A stretch of DNA of 64,000 bases, taken from the NCBI GenBank assembly GCA_964486045.1, contig CAZALK010000014.1, positions 32,001-96,000 on the forward strand. The letters run 5' to 3'. The DNA comes from an uncultured archaeon (GTDB lineage Archaea > Asgardarchaeota > Lokiarchaeia > Sigyniarchaeales > SOKP01). Position numbers and translations under genes: made by a program. Numbering within the stretch: the stretch's first letter is position 1; each line of letters starts with the position of its first letter. Below, piece after piece: positions 19,481 through 29,346 of the stretch. The notes beneath the pieces are model-generated. The model was given only the letters and a program-made list of their open reading frames with translations. It searched no databases and was not told the DNA's origin.

Positions 19481-20155
19481 TTGATTTTGCAATTTGACTT
19501 TACAACAAATATTTTAGGACCTTTATCACAATGGGGAGGATTTTTCCTCCTGCTACTTGGTATTATTTGGATCATTTATGCAATATATGAGACAAAAAGG
19601 AGAGGATCTTTCAAAAAACGGAAAGTGGAAACCTGGGATTTTGATGTCACTAAATTTCTTAAAATTTTAACCTATTTCGGGTTTATCGTAGGAATTTTTA
19701 GCATATTGAGCGGAGTTGGAGAGCTAATTCTTGATGTACCTCCAAGTACAGCTTACGCTCTGCTAACCCCTTCGGCTGGTAAGAGCGTTTTTACCGCTAT
19801 TATTCTAATCGTCTTTGGGATTTTTACATTTTTAAAACCTATAAATGATCTCCCAATCGCAAGTGTTATTGGTCTATTGGTTGCTAGTTTAATTATGGCT
19901 ATAATAGCTCTAGCAATCCCCCAACAACTAGTAGAAGTTATCGCAGTATTTATTGATCCAAAGATATTATTAGTAATTATATTTATAATTATCTTTGCGA
20001 TTGTCGCTCTTACGGCAAAATTCTATATGTCTGCAGTAATGGCAGTATCAAAAGCATTATCATGGCCTCCATTAGCATTTATAGTTGCTGCTTTTTGTCT
20101 AATTCAAGGGTTCTTATTATTAGTAGTTGGAGTTTCAATTTCAGGATATTTCTAA
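19481..20155 (+). CDS. Multi-pass membrane protein, unknown function
   Basis: About 6 hydrophobic helices. Confidence 0.75.
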   Translation: MILQFDFTTNILGPLSQWGGFFLLLLGIIWIIYAIYETKRRGSFKKRKVETWDFDVTKFLKILTYFGFIVGIFSILSGVGELILDVPPSTAYALLTPSAGKSVFTAIILIVFGIFTFLKPINDLPIASVIGLLVASLIMAIIALAIPQQLVEVIAVFIDPKILLVIIFIIIFAIVALTAKFYMSAVMAVSKALSWPPLAFIVAAFCLIQGFLLLVVGVSISGYF

Positions 20156-20185
20156 CAAATTACTTTTTTTTCTTTCTTTTTGTGT

Positions 20186-21316
20186 TTAAAAGAGGTTAAA
20201 TCTGTGAGAAGGTGATTTATTAATTTCCCCGATTATTTGATTTTTCAATTCATAGGAACACACGGAGCATTTTCTGTTATCTGTAACATTTATTTTCTTA
20301 AAGGTATATCCTCTTCTTTCTATTAGTACAAATCCACAATGTGGGCAATATGTATTACTCCCTTGCTCATGGTTAATATTTCCTATATATGGAAAATATA
20401 ATCCAGCTTCTTTGGCGATTTTATAAGCCTTATCTAAAGTTTCGTAAGATGTCCTCTTCATAGAAGGCATTTTAAAATCAGGATGATAAGCAGAAAAATG
20501 GGTGGGTGTGTCTTTCCCTAAATTATCAACTATCCAGTTACAAAGTTTCTCGATATCTCTTTTACTATCATTTAATTCAGGTATGATTAAATTTGTAATT
20601 TCAACATGCATACCATTAGATTTAAAATATTTAGCAGTGTCTAAAACAGGTTGAACAGATTTAGCACCACATATTTTCTTGTAAAATTCATCTTTCATAC
20701 CCTTTATGTCAATATTTGCGGCATCTATTCCTACTTCAATCAATTCTTTAGACGCTTCTGGAGTAGAGAATCCATTTGTAACTAAAATAGTCTTAATATT
20801 TTTCTCTTTCAGCAGCTTTGTTGTGTCTATAATCCATTCATGCCAAATTAAAGGTTCATTATATGTATATGCTAAGGTTTTTGCACCACTTTTTATCACT
20901 CTTTTTACCAATTCCTCTGGAGTCATCTCAAATAAGGACATTCCTTCCTTTTCATATCCTTTAAGATCATAAAACCCATCCTTTCCATTATCTGTTGGAT
21001 TTGCTTGAGAGATTGACCAATTTTGACAATTTTGACATCGAAAAGAACATCCTATTGATGCAATTGAATAAGCTGTTGCACCTGGCCAAAAATTATAGAG
21101 AGGCTTTTTTTCAATTGGATCCAAACTTCCAGAAGAAATAAGGGATCCATATATCAAGGAGTATAACTCACCACCAAAATTCTTTCTAGTTCGACATACT
21201 CCAACTTTGTCTAGGACGATTATACATTCATTAGCACAAACATGACATTGAACTTTTTTATCACTGAGTTTATCGAATAGTCTTGCTTTAATTTTCACAA
21301 CTATTACCTTCTCCAA
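20186..21316 (-). CDS. amrS: AmmeMemoRadiSam system radical SAM enzyme
   Basis: N-terminal CHVC...C...GVC, DPIEKKPLY, CSFRCQNCQN, YTYNEP, C-terminal CPHC. Confidence 0.88.
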   Translation of the reverse strand: MEKVIVVKIKARLFDKLSDKKVQCHVCANECIIVLDKVGVCRTRKNFGGELYSLIYGSLISSGSLDPIEKKPLYNFWPGATAYSIASIGCSFRCQNCQNWSISQANPTDNGKDGFYDLKGYEKEGMSLFEMTPEELVKRVIKSGAKTLAYTYNEPLIWHEWIIDTTKLLKEKNIKTILVTNGFSTPEASKELIEVGIDAANIDIKGMKDEFYKKICGAKSVQPVLDTAKYFKSNGMHVEITNLIIPELNDSKRDIEKLCNWIVDNLGKDTPTHFSAYHPDFKMPSMKRTSYETLDKAYKIAKEAGLYFPYIGNINHEQGSNTYCPHCGFVLIERRGYTFKKINVTDNRKCSVCSYELKNQIIGEINKSPSHRFNLF

Positions 21317-21420
21317 ATCGACAAATTGTAAATAGATTCTCTAAATATATAATAGATATGCAATTTTATATTTTTTATATATTATAACAATAAAATATTT
21401 TTGAAGAATGGATTGATGAA

Positions 21421-21855
21421 ATGTCAAGAATAGAAGAAGCGGTATCTTGCTTTACCGATGGTTTTTCTTGTAGTCAAGCAATACTTTCTACTTATGGTAC
21501 AGAATTAGGACTGGATCGCAAAAAAGCTTTAATGATTGCTACCGGCTTTGGTGGGGGTATAAGCCGACTGGGGGGTACTTGTGGAGCGGTGACTGGAGCT
21601 ATTATGGTTATTGGTTTAAAATATGGAAGAGCTAAAATCGAGGATATGGGATCAAAAGAAAAAACATATGAACTTGTAAGAGAATATTTAGAAAGTTTTA
21701 AAAGCATCAATGGTTCAACTATTTGTAATAAATTAATTGATTGCGATATCAATACTCCTGAGGGGATGAGGCACGCAAATGATAGTAATTTATTTAAAAC
21801 ACTCTGTCCTGATTTCGTCAGATCGTCAGCCGTTATTCTGGAAAAGTTACTATAG
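21421..21855 (+). CDS. C_GCAxxG_C_C family putative redox protein
   Basis: CSQA, GFGGG...TCGAVTGA, C..L, C..FV. Confidence 0.88.
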   Translation: MSRIEEAVSCFTDGFSCSQAILSTYGTELGLDRKKALMIATGFGGGISRLGGTCGAVTGAIMVIGLKYGRAKIEDMGSKEKTYELVREYLESFKSINGSTICNKLIDCDINTPEGMRHANDSNLFKTLCPDFVRSSAVILEKLL

Positions 21856-21898
21856 ATATTAAGATTTGTAATAAAATTTATCCTTTCTTTATTTCCTC

Positions 21899-22816
21899 AT
21901 GACTGAGAATGAGAGTAAACTATCCGAAGAAAATTTAAATCAAATTTTAAGGAAGAAGATAGAAAACCTAAAAATTTTAGAGCAAAATGGGAAAGATTCT
22001 GACTACATTAAGGAATTAAGTGATATATCTCTTTTACAATTGCAACTAAAAAGATATGAAGAATCAGAAAATAACTACAAAGTATGTCTTGACCATTTTA
22101 GAAAACAAAAAGACAGATTAGGCCAAGCAGCAGTTCATGGCGTTTTAGGAATTCTACTTTTTGAGAAAGGTGATTATTCAAAATCAATTGAATTCTACGA
22201 AAAGGCACTTACCATTTATAAAGAATTAAATCAAACTCAGGAACAGATCACTTGCTTAAAAGGAATAGGAAATAATTATATTAAACTAAACAAGTTAGAT
22301 GATGCATGTGATGTTTTCCTAAATTGTAGCTCAATATGTTCAGACTATAACGATATTTATAGTTTTTTAGATTGCCTTGGTAGCTTAATTTACATTCATG
22401 AACATACTGAACAATGGGATATTGTTTTCGACTTATATAAGAAAACATTGAAATCTTTTAAAGAACTTAAGGATAGTAGAGGAATTATTACTTCATATTT
22501 TAATTTAGGAATTCTTCAAAAGAAAAACAATAATTTAGAAGATGCGGTAAGATATTTTAAAAAAGGAACAAATGTATCAATTGATTCGAATTATGCAGAG
22601 TTAATCATTAAAGGTTTAAGCTATGTTGGGGAGACTTTATTCTATTTAGGCGAAAAGAAGGCAGCTAAGAATCAATTTATAAAAGCCCTACATTTAGCAC
22701 AAAAAGTTAAGGCAGAAAATGCAATAATTCAATTACGCGTTTTATTGCAATCATTAGGGTTACAAGACAAGCATATTCTTGATGAATTAAGAAGATATGA
22801 AGAAAACAAAAGCTAA
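21899..22816 (+). CDS. Tetratricopeptide repeat protein
   Basis: Repeated LG..Y...G.Y..A..YY.KAL-type units of about 40 aa. Confidence 0.85.
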   Translation: MTENESKLSEENLNQILRKKIENLKILEQNGKDSDYIKELSDISLLQLQLKRYEESENNYKVCLDHFRKQKDRLGQAAVHGVLGILLFEKGDYSKSIEFYEKALTIYKELNQTQEQITCLKGIGNNYIKLNKLDDACDVFLNCSSICSDYNDIYSFLDCLGSLIYIHEHTEQWDIVFDLYKKTLKSFKELKDSRGIITSYFNLGILQKKNNNLEDAVRYFKKGTNVSIDSNYAELIIKGLSYVGETLFYLGEKKAAKNQFIKALHLAQKVKAENAIIQLRVLLQSLGLQDKHILDELRRYEENKS

Positions 22817-22821
22817 TGCAA

Positions 22822-23595
22822 TTATGTAAATTTTGAAAAGTCAGGCTTTCTATGCTCAAAAAATGCTTTAAAGGCTTCTTGAGCTTCTTGAGATTTTTGT
22901 CTTCTGAAGAATTCTGCTCCTTCTTCTGGCATTAATTTTGAAAGAACTCCCAAGTGATGTTTTTTAATTAACTCTTTTGTTTTTCTTAAAGCTCCTGGTG
23001 GTTTTTCCGCTAATTTTTCCGCTAACGAGACCACTTCGGTTATTAATTTATCTTCGGGGAAAATCTTATTTACCATTCCCATCTTCTCAGCTTCTTCAGC
23101 AGTAAACCAATCTCCAAAGAATAATAATTCTGCCGCACGTTGATGTCCAACCAATTCTGGTAAGTTAAAGGTCGAGCCGAATTCTGGTACTAAGCCTAAA
23201 TTCACAAATGGAAATTGAAATCTGCAACCAGTGCCAGCATAGATTAAATCGAAGTGTAGTAACATAGTAACACCAACTCCAATTGCGTATCCATGGACCG
23301 CGGCTACTATCGGTTTTTTAGCTTTGAGAATCATTTCTGTCCAACTCACTGCTGGTCTTGTAGAGCCAGTTCCCCACTCCAGATCTTGAAAATCTTTTAA
23401 GTCATTTCCTGCACTAAAGCATTTGCCATTTCCATAAATTAATATCACTCTGATTTTTGGATCTTCTTCAGCCATTTCTATCCCTTCAGCGATTCCCGCG
23501 TACATAACTCTTGTAAGAGCATTTCTTTTCTCGGATCGGTTAAAAATGATGTGTTGTACACCATTTTCTGATTTTGTGATTATTTGTTCACTCAT
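22822..23595 (-). CDS. Enoyl-CoA hydratase/isomerase
   Basis: NR.EKRNAL, FSAGNDL, KPIVAAVHGYAIGVG, GLVPEFG. Confidence 0.92.
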   Translation of the reverse strand: MSEQIITKSENGVQHIIFNRSEKRNALTRVMYAGIAEGIEMAEEDPKIRVILIYGNGKCFSAGNDLKDFQDLEWGTGSTRPAVSWTEMILKAKKPIVAAVHGYAIGVGVTMLLHFDLIYAGTGCRFQFPFVNLGLVPEFGSTFNLPELVGHQRAAELLFFGDWFTAEEAEKMGMVNKIFPEDKLITEVVSLAEKLAEKPPGALRKTKELIKKHHLGVLSKLMPEEGAEFFRRQKSQEAQEAFKAFFEHRKPDFSKFT

Positions 23596-23775
23596 TTTTT
23601 CAAACTCTTTTGTACTTTTTTCAGATATTTTTATATTTATGTATTATATTAGATTACTTTAAAAATATTTAATAAAACTTTTGCAGAAAGGAGTTGCATT
23701 AATTGCTTTTTTTCTCTAAAACTTAAATGGAGTTTTAGTCTTACGATCTAATAACTGTCTGCTAGTAAAACAATT

Positions 23776-23928
23776 TTACTTTCGATGATTCTTATAATCT
23801 TCTTTCTTAGCTTTTCTTAAGGAGGACTGTTCTCCACATTTGTCACAAAAACTGTGTTCTGTGTAAGCAAATTCTCCGCAAGAACTACAAATGAAAGGAT
23901 ACGTTTTTTTAAAGAGCTTAGTGTCCAA
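23776..23928 (-). CDS. Small Zn-ribbon protein (50 aa)
   Basis: Hand translation from TTG: MDTKLFKKTYPFICSSCGEFAYTEHSFCDKCGEQSSLRKAKKEDYKNHRK; two CxxCG motifs. Confidence 0.75.
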   Translation of the reverse strand: MDTKLFKKTYPFICSSCGEFAYTEHSFCDKCGEQSSLRKAKKEDYKNHRK

Positions 23929-24090
23929 TAATTTTCACATCTAGTTTATAATTTTAATAAAGAAAAAATTGTTCTCTTTTATTTCTTATTAAAATGATTT
24001 ATACATTTCATAGTTTCTTGAAAGAAATGAATATTTAAACAATAATAAAAATTTTTTACTTTAATGATAGAGTTATCAAGCACGATGTAA

Positions 24091-24225
24091 GCTGATCCAA
24101 TTAGCTATGCTCCAAGCACTCCTCTTAATGAAGAGATAATAGAAAATGGATGGATTCCGAAAGATTTTCAATGAGAAAAATGGGGATTTTTACCTGTCAT
24201 CGGAACTCCTTTAAGGATTAAATAA
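24091..24225 (+). pseudogene. Possible remnant of a radical-SAM C-terminal region
   Basis: ADPISYAPSTPLNEEIIENGWIPKDFQ*EKWGFLPVIGT resembles the P.PGTPL....G.I....W pattern; no start codon, internal TGA. Confidence 0.35.
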
Positions 24226-24295
24226 TTATAAATAAGCTAATTTTCTCTTATTATTCAGAGGATTTCACAAAAAATCAGATTAAAATTTCATATTT

Positions 24296-25738
24296 ATGAA
24301 AATCTGCCCGTATTGCAATGAAATACTTGAGGATGAGTATCCTTATTGTCCACATTGTAATAAACCTTTAATTTCTAATCTTAGGAGTGGAACGAATGAA
24401 AGTTTGAGACCTTACTATGAGAAATCTAATATATTCTCTCAAAATTGGGAAGAGATTGAAGAAAATTATGAAGAAACTTTAATCAAAGATGATCAAATTG
24501 AACGAAAAATACAGAAGATTGATGAGATCTTAGAGAGGAAAGAAATCTTAGGAGATCCAATTCCTGGAACACTGTTTTTAGATAAATCAAGTTTGTACTA
24601 CAAAATGAGGGACATACAAAATACTTTGAATAACCTCGAACTAGCGTTAAAAAATTTTGAAGACGAAGATGATACATATAATATGGCTATTTGCCACAAT
24701 GAAATTGGCTTAATTCAAGAAGACACTGGTTTTTTTGATCAAGCAATTTACCACTTTAATAGATCTCTAGAAATTCTTAAAGAGGTAAGTGATTATCAAA
24801 AAATAATCAAGGTGTTAAATAATTTAGGAAATATCTACTTTTTAATTAAGGATCTAGAACATTCCTATGAGTATTATCAAGAAGCTCTTGAATTATCTAA
24901 AAAAGAAAATTTAATGCTTGAGGAGATTAAAACTTCCAGCAATTTAGTTGAGATTCTCTTCGAATTGAGAAATTTTGAGAGAGTCGAAAAAATTTTGTCT
25001 AAAAATGCCGAATATTTCAAACAGAATGATGATATTTATGGTGTAATAACCAATGAAATCAAACAAGGAAAATTTTATTTTCTACAAGGTGAAGATTTTG
25101 ATCTAGCCTACCAACATTTAAATAGTGCATTAGGATTGATCGAAAGTATAAAAGAAACTACCACAATTTATATTCGATCAACATTAGAATGGGAATGTTT
25201 TCTTTTTCTAGGGAAATTACACTTAATTTGGGAAAATATAATCGAAGCAGAAAATCTACTAATACAAAGTCTTAATTCTCTACGAATCTTCAGTATTGAT
25301 GAAAATCTCTATGAAGGAGATATTTTAGAAAGTTTGGCAGAGTTATATTACGTAAAAGAGAATATGGACAAGGCAATAGAATATTATAACTTGGCCTTTG
25401 ACATATTCTATAAATATGGCGATAACAAGAAATGTGCTGATATTAAAAGCAAAATTGGTACTATTCTCGTAGATTTTAGATTAGATAATTCACTTTCAAT
25501 TAAATTTTTTGAGGAGTCATTGGGTATTTATGAGGATCTGAATTATTTTAAGGAAGCTGCAGACATTTTGCTTAAATTAGGAGAAATTTATACTCACAAA
25601 GGAATGATTGAAATGGCTTTGTCAAATTTAGAAAGAGCTCAAGATTATTATGAAGAACTTCAAGATAATATCAACTCCAGGATGATTCAAGAAAAAATAA
25701 AAGCTCTAAATAATCTGAATGATGTTGTTGATTTTTAA
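24296..25738 (+). CDS. Zn-ribbon plus TPR protein
   Basis: N-terminal CPYC/CPHC, then many TPR units. Confidence 0.85.
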   Translation: MKICPYCNEILEDEYPYCPHCNKPLISNLRSGTNESLRPYYEKSNIFSQNWEEIEENYEETLIKDDQIERKIQKIDEILERKEILGDPIPGTLFLDKSSLYYKMRDIQNTLNNLELALKNFEDEDDTYNMAICHNEIGLIQEDTGFFDQAIYHFNRSLEILKEVSDYQKIIKVLNNLGNIYFLIKDLEHSYEYYQEALELSKKENLMLEEIKTSSNLVEILFELRNFERVEKILSKNAEYFKQNDDIYGVITNEIKQGKFYFLQGEDFDLAYQHLNSALGLIESIKETTTIYIRSTLEWECFLFLGKLHLIWENIIEAENLLIQSLNSLRIFSIDENLYEGDILESLAELYYVKENMDKAIEYYNLAFDIFYKYGDNKKCADIKSKIGTILVDFRLDNSLSIKFFEESLGIYEDLNYFKEAADILLKLGEIYTHKGMIEMALSNLERAQDYYEELQDNINSRMIQEKIKALNNLNDVVDF

Positions 25739-25767
25739 AAGAATTCTACCTTTTCAATTGCTTTATA

Positions 25768-26448
25768 CTAATTAACAATTTCAAAATCATCCTTTCTGTA
25801 AATTCTCCTCTTATATTCATCAAATCCAATCCCTTTCATAAATGCATATGAAACCTTATTATCCTGGTATACTTCAGCTCGAATTTCTTTAACATTGTTA
25901 TAATTTTGTTTTAAAAAGTTCCATATGTAAACTCCTAAAATTTTTCCTACTCCTCGTCTTTGGAATCTTGGAAGAACTGCCAACGCAGCAATTACAGCGA
26001 TTTCTTTTTCTTTTCCCTCAAAGTCTAGAAGAACAAAGGCTGCATCAATCCCATAAACTTTTGCTATGAGAAAAACGGTGTCACCATGTTCAAGTATTTT
26101 TATAAGATCCGTTTTCGTTATAGGTCGAAATGGTGTATTACTCGTTAACCATGCTCGATTATATATATATTTTAAGGAGTCAACGTCTTCCTTTTTTGCT
26201 TTTCGAACAACTGATTTGACTATATTTTGTTCAATTTTATCTTTTAACTTTTTTTCGAATTCTTTAGTAATTTTTTCTACAGGAAGTCTCATTTGGATAT
26301 AGACCATTCCATCTTCATATAATTCTTCCGTTGATTCATCAACAGGTTCTTCCTTTTTTTTTTTTTTTTCTATGGAGAGAAAAAAAGCTCTAATTCTCCT
26401 CTTTTTGAGATCTAATTTTTTTATACTTCCTAATTTAGAGGACGGCAT
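25768..26448 (-). CDS. GNAT N-acetyltransferase
   Basis: AVLPRFQRRGVGK motif A, N..S..F...IGF; start uncertain. Confidence 0.85.
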   Translation of the reverse strand: MPSSKLGSIKKLDLKKRRIRAFFLSIEKKKKKEEPVDESTEELYEDGMVYIQMRLPVEKITKEFEKKLKDKIEQNIVKSVVRKAKKEDVDSLKYIYNRAWLTSNTPFRPITKTDLIKILEHGDTVFLIAKVYGIDAAFVLLDFEGKEKEIAVIAALAVLPRFQRRGVGKILGVYIWNFLKQNYNNVKEIRAEVYQDNKVSYAFMKGIGFDEYKRRIYRKDDFEIVN

Positions 26449-26473
26449 AATAAAAATAAGAAATAAATACTCA

Positions 26474-28105
26474 CTATAATAAATTAAGATTCTTGCGAAT
26501 TTTATTCTCGATGTTTTCGTTAATAACTGCCGTTTCCTTAAGTTTTGAAAGGCCTAACTGGATTCTCTTTTTAAAGTTTGGATCTTTTATTAAATTTTTA
26601 TTTTCGGTGGAAAACTCGAAATTTGACCTAATAGCCATATTATCTTCAATTATTTCACTTACTAATTTTTTTAAGCTTAAAACAGAATCTGAAATGAATT
26701 CATAAACATTATCTGGATTGTTTGTCAAATACCCTGGAAATACTACATTCATATATTCTTCCATGGTCTCTTCATTCTCTATGAACATGGTATATATAGG
26801 CATATAAATCCATTGAATAGGTCTAGAAAACAATTCTGATTGATTATCATTCATAGACCATGTAATTAACTCTTGAGATTCTTGTAAGCACATTTTATGC
26901 TTGATATCGATGAGTTCTTTAATTTTATTAAAAAGAATTTCAACTTTTTCTTTTAAAACTACTAAGCTTGATATTTTTTCTTGTTTTTCACTCTGGAATT
27001 CTAATAATAATTTGTCTCTATCTCTCAATTTTAAACTCAGCGATTCCTTGAGTTGTTTTAATCTTATTTTAGCCTCTTTTTCGATCGTTACAGCTCTTTC
27101 TTTTAGATCTACAAATCTTTTGTTAAGTGCTTCTACAGATTCTAAAAATTTTTGACCCTCATTTCTCAGATAGTTAAAATGATTCTGAAAATTAGGGATA
27201 ACGTCTTCAAACACCCTACTTTTTAATGAATCCCCTCTTACAAAAAATTTATTTTTTTTAATTACGTCCTCTAGACTCCTTTCAGTTGTTTTAAACAAAG
27301 TTGAGATACTTTCAATAATTTTCTTTTTTTCTTCTACACTCCACTGATCAATTTTATCTTGTTCTAATTTCACTTGGTAGTCAATTTGAGTGGGATCAAT
27401 CGTTGAAGAGGTCTTATTTATCTGACTAGAATATCGTTTCTCAAGATCTTTTAATTGTACATTTAAATCTACAAGCCATTTTCCTATTTCTCTTTCTATC
27501 AATTCAATTTGAGATTTCCACCTGTATGCATTACCTTTCATTGTGTTTACTATTTCTCGAAAATTATCAGCAATATTTAGAGCCATTTCTGTATTTATGC
27601 TATGATCCAAAACGGTATAATCAATGATAGGTTTATATTCTATTAATGGGATAATACTCATCAATGTTTTTAGAAATTCAGGATTTATTAAACCCTTAAT
27701 TTTAAGTGTATGATATTCAGATTCCTCTCCCTCTCCAATTTCTTCTGCTTCTATATCTCTATATGTTAAAATCTCTACTAATTTGTTCAATTCTTCTAAC
27801 TTTGTTCTATTTTCTACATTCCTTAGAATGTGGCCAATTAAAGGCTGGCGCGGTGGATTTGAAAATTTGTCACTCTTACTAAATATATTTAATCCATCCA
27901 ACATTATGTGTGTGCTAAGGACTCCCTGAATACTTAATATCGGCCAGAGAAGTCTTGAGAAAGATACGATTTTTTCATTATTACCTAAATTATGTGTTAA
28001 AAGATAAAATGAAAGTGTAATTTCATCGTTTCCTTGAACAACTGGCCGTTTTGTAACTTTATTTATAAAAAATGGTAAAAGATGTTGGTTTCCATGCACT
28101 GACAA
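26474..28105 (-). CDS. Hypothetical protein with long central coiled coil
   Basis: 543-aa ORF, heptad-like E/K/L centre, globular ends. Confidence 0.7.
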   Translation of the reverse strand: MSVHGNQHLLPFFINKVTKRPVVQGNDEITLSFYLLTHNLGNNEKIVSFSRLLWPILSIQGVLSTHIMLDGLNIFSKSDKFSNPPRQPLIGHILRNVENRTKLEELNKLVEILTYRDIEAEEIGEGEESEYHTLKIKGLINPEFLKTLMSIIPLIEYKPIIDYTVLDHSINTEMALNIADNFREIVNTMKGNAYRWKSQIELIEREIGKWLVDLNVQLKDLEKRYSSQINKTSSTIDPTQIDYQVKLEQDKIDQWSVEEKKKIIESISTLFKTTERSLEDVIKKNKFFVRGDSLKSRVFEDVIPNFQNHFNYLRNEGQKFLESVEALNKRFVDLKERAVTIEKEAKIRLKQLKESLSLKLRDRDKLLLEFQSEKQEKISSLVVLKEKVEILFNKIKELIDIKHKMCLQESQELITWSMNDNQSELFSRPIQWIYMPIYTMFIENEETMEEYMNVVFPGYLTNNPDNVYEFISDSVLSLKKLVSEIIEDNMAIRSNFEFSTENKNLIKDPNFKKRIQLGLSKLKETAVINENIENKIRKNLNLL

Positions 28106-28326
28106 TGATTTTCTCCCACGATTTAATTCTTATATTTAAAAAATTATTCTCAATTATTAAATTTAAAGAGATTCAGTTTTAAAATTTTAATCTTTTTTTC
28201 TATTGGTGAAAAATTATGTTTAAAATGTTTAAAATTGCTCTTTAAATTAGAAGAATGAAAATGAGAAATGCATTGATTTAAAAATAAATTGAATTTCAGA
28301 AGTTAACAACATTAGGTAAATCTATG

Positions 28327-29199
28327 TCATTTGAGCTGTTCGTAATTATTAGCAATTACCAATATCAAGAGTGCCAACAAGATTATTAAAGGGGGCAAAC
28401 TCGCTCTTAAATGGGGTAAAGATGCAACATCCAGTGCACCCTGTAGTATTCTTCCAAGGAAATATAGAAGGAAGCCAATAGCATTTAAAGCATAAGACTT
28501 TCTTAGAACCCCAAAAGTTTTCCATGCAAGGTAAATAAAAATAAAAGGTATAAATACTACAGATAGAGGCATAAAGATGAAATTCAATAGAAACCTTCCA
28601 ATGGGATATGACCATGAACCAAATTGTATTAATTCTAACTCAACACTAATGCCATAACCACCTTCGAGTACAGGTTTTACAAAATCTGGGTCCATGAAAA
28701 GATTATCCGGTAAAACTAATGCTAGAATCCCGATTATTATCGGTATAAATATTATAACGACCCGGATTAAAATTTTCTGATTATTTTTATCCTTAAACCA
28801 TCCCCCCTCTGATTTACCTTCAGTTTTCTCTGGGGTTTGAGTATCTGGGGGGAGTAGTAATATCCCAAGCACTCCAACGGCACATGCTGTTCCCATCCAA
28901 GTGAAGAACGTTGCCAAGCGATAATTAAACATCAAAAATGCCACAACTTCAACACCATTAGTTCCAGTAAATAATTCTGGTGCGTAAAAATAATATACTA
29001 TGAAAAATACTCTTCCTAAAGCAAAACAAACAAAAAATAAACTGAAAAATAACCAATATGGTTTCTTTGAAGTTCGATACCGCAAGAACAGGAAATAAAA
29101 GAACAATAAGAAGAAATATCCTACTATAATAAAATATAGACCCATCTCGATTCCATCCCAGAACGAGAAATATTGAAATGGAGTTTCTTGAAAAATCAT
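28327..29199 (-). CDS. Approximately 7-TM membrane protein
   Basis: Seven hydrophobic segments. Confidence 0.75.
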   Translation of the reverse strand: MIFQETPFQYFSFWDGIEMGLYFIIVGYFFLLFFYFLFLRYRTSKKPYWLFFSLFFVCFALGRVFFIVYYFYAPELFTGTNGVEVVAFLMFNYRLATFFTWMGTACAVGVLGILLLPPDTQTPEKTEGKSEGGWFKDKNNQKILIRVVIIFIPIIIGILALVLPDNLFMDPDFVKPVLEGGYGISVELELIQFGSWSYPIGRFLLNFIFMPLSVVFIPFIFIYLAWKTFGVLRKSYALNAIGFLLYFLGRILQGALDVASLPHLRASLPPLIILLALLILVIANNYEQLK

Positions 29200-29346
29200 A
29201 AATCTTCAGCTCATTTTTTAATATTTGTTAATATTATTTTATTTTTGAATTAAATTATAATTATTATCTTCTACTATTATAAAAATTTAATTTAATTTTC
29301 ATCATTCCTTAAAATACAAATATTATAAATTCTTTTTAAAAACAAC

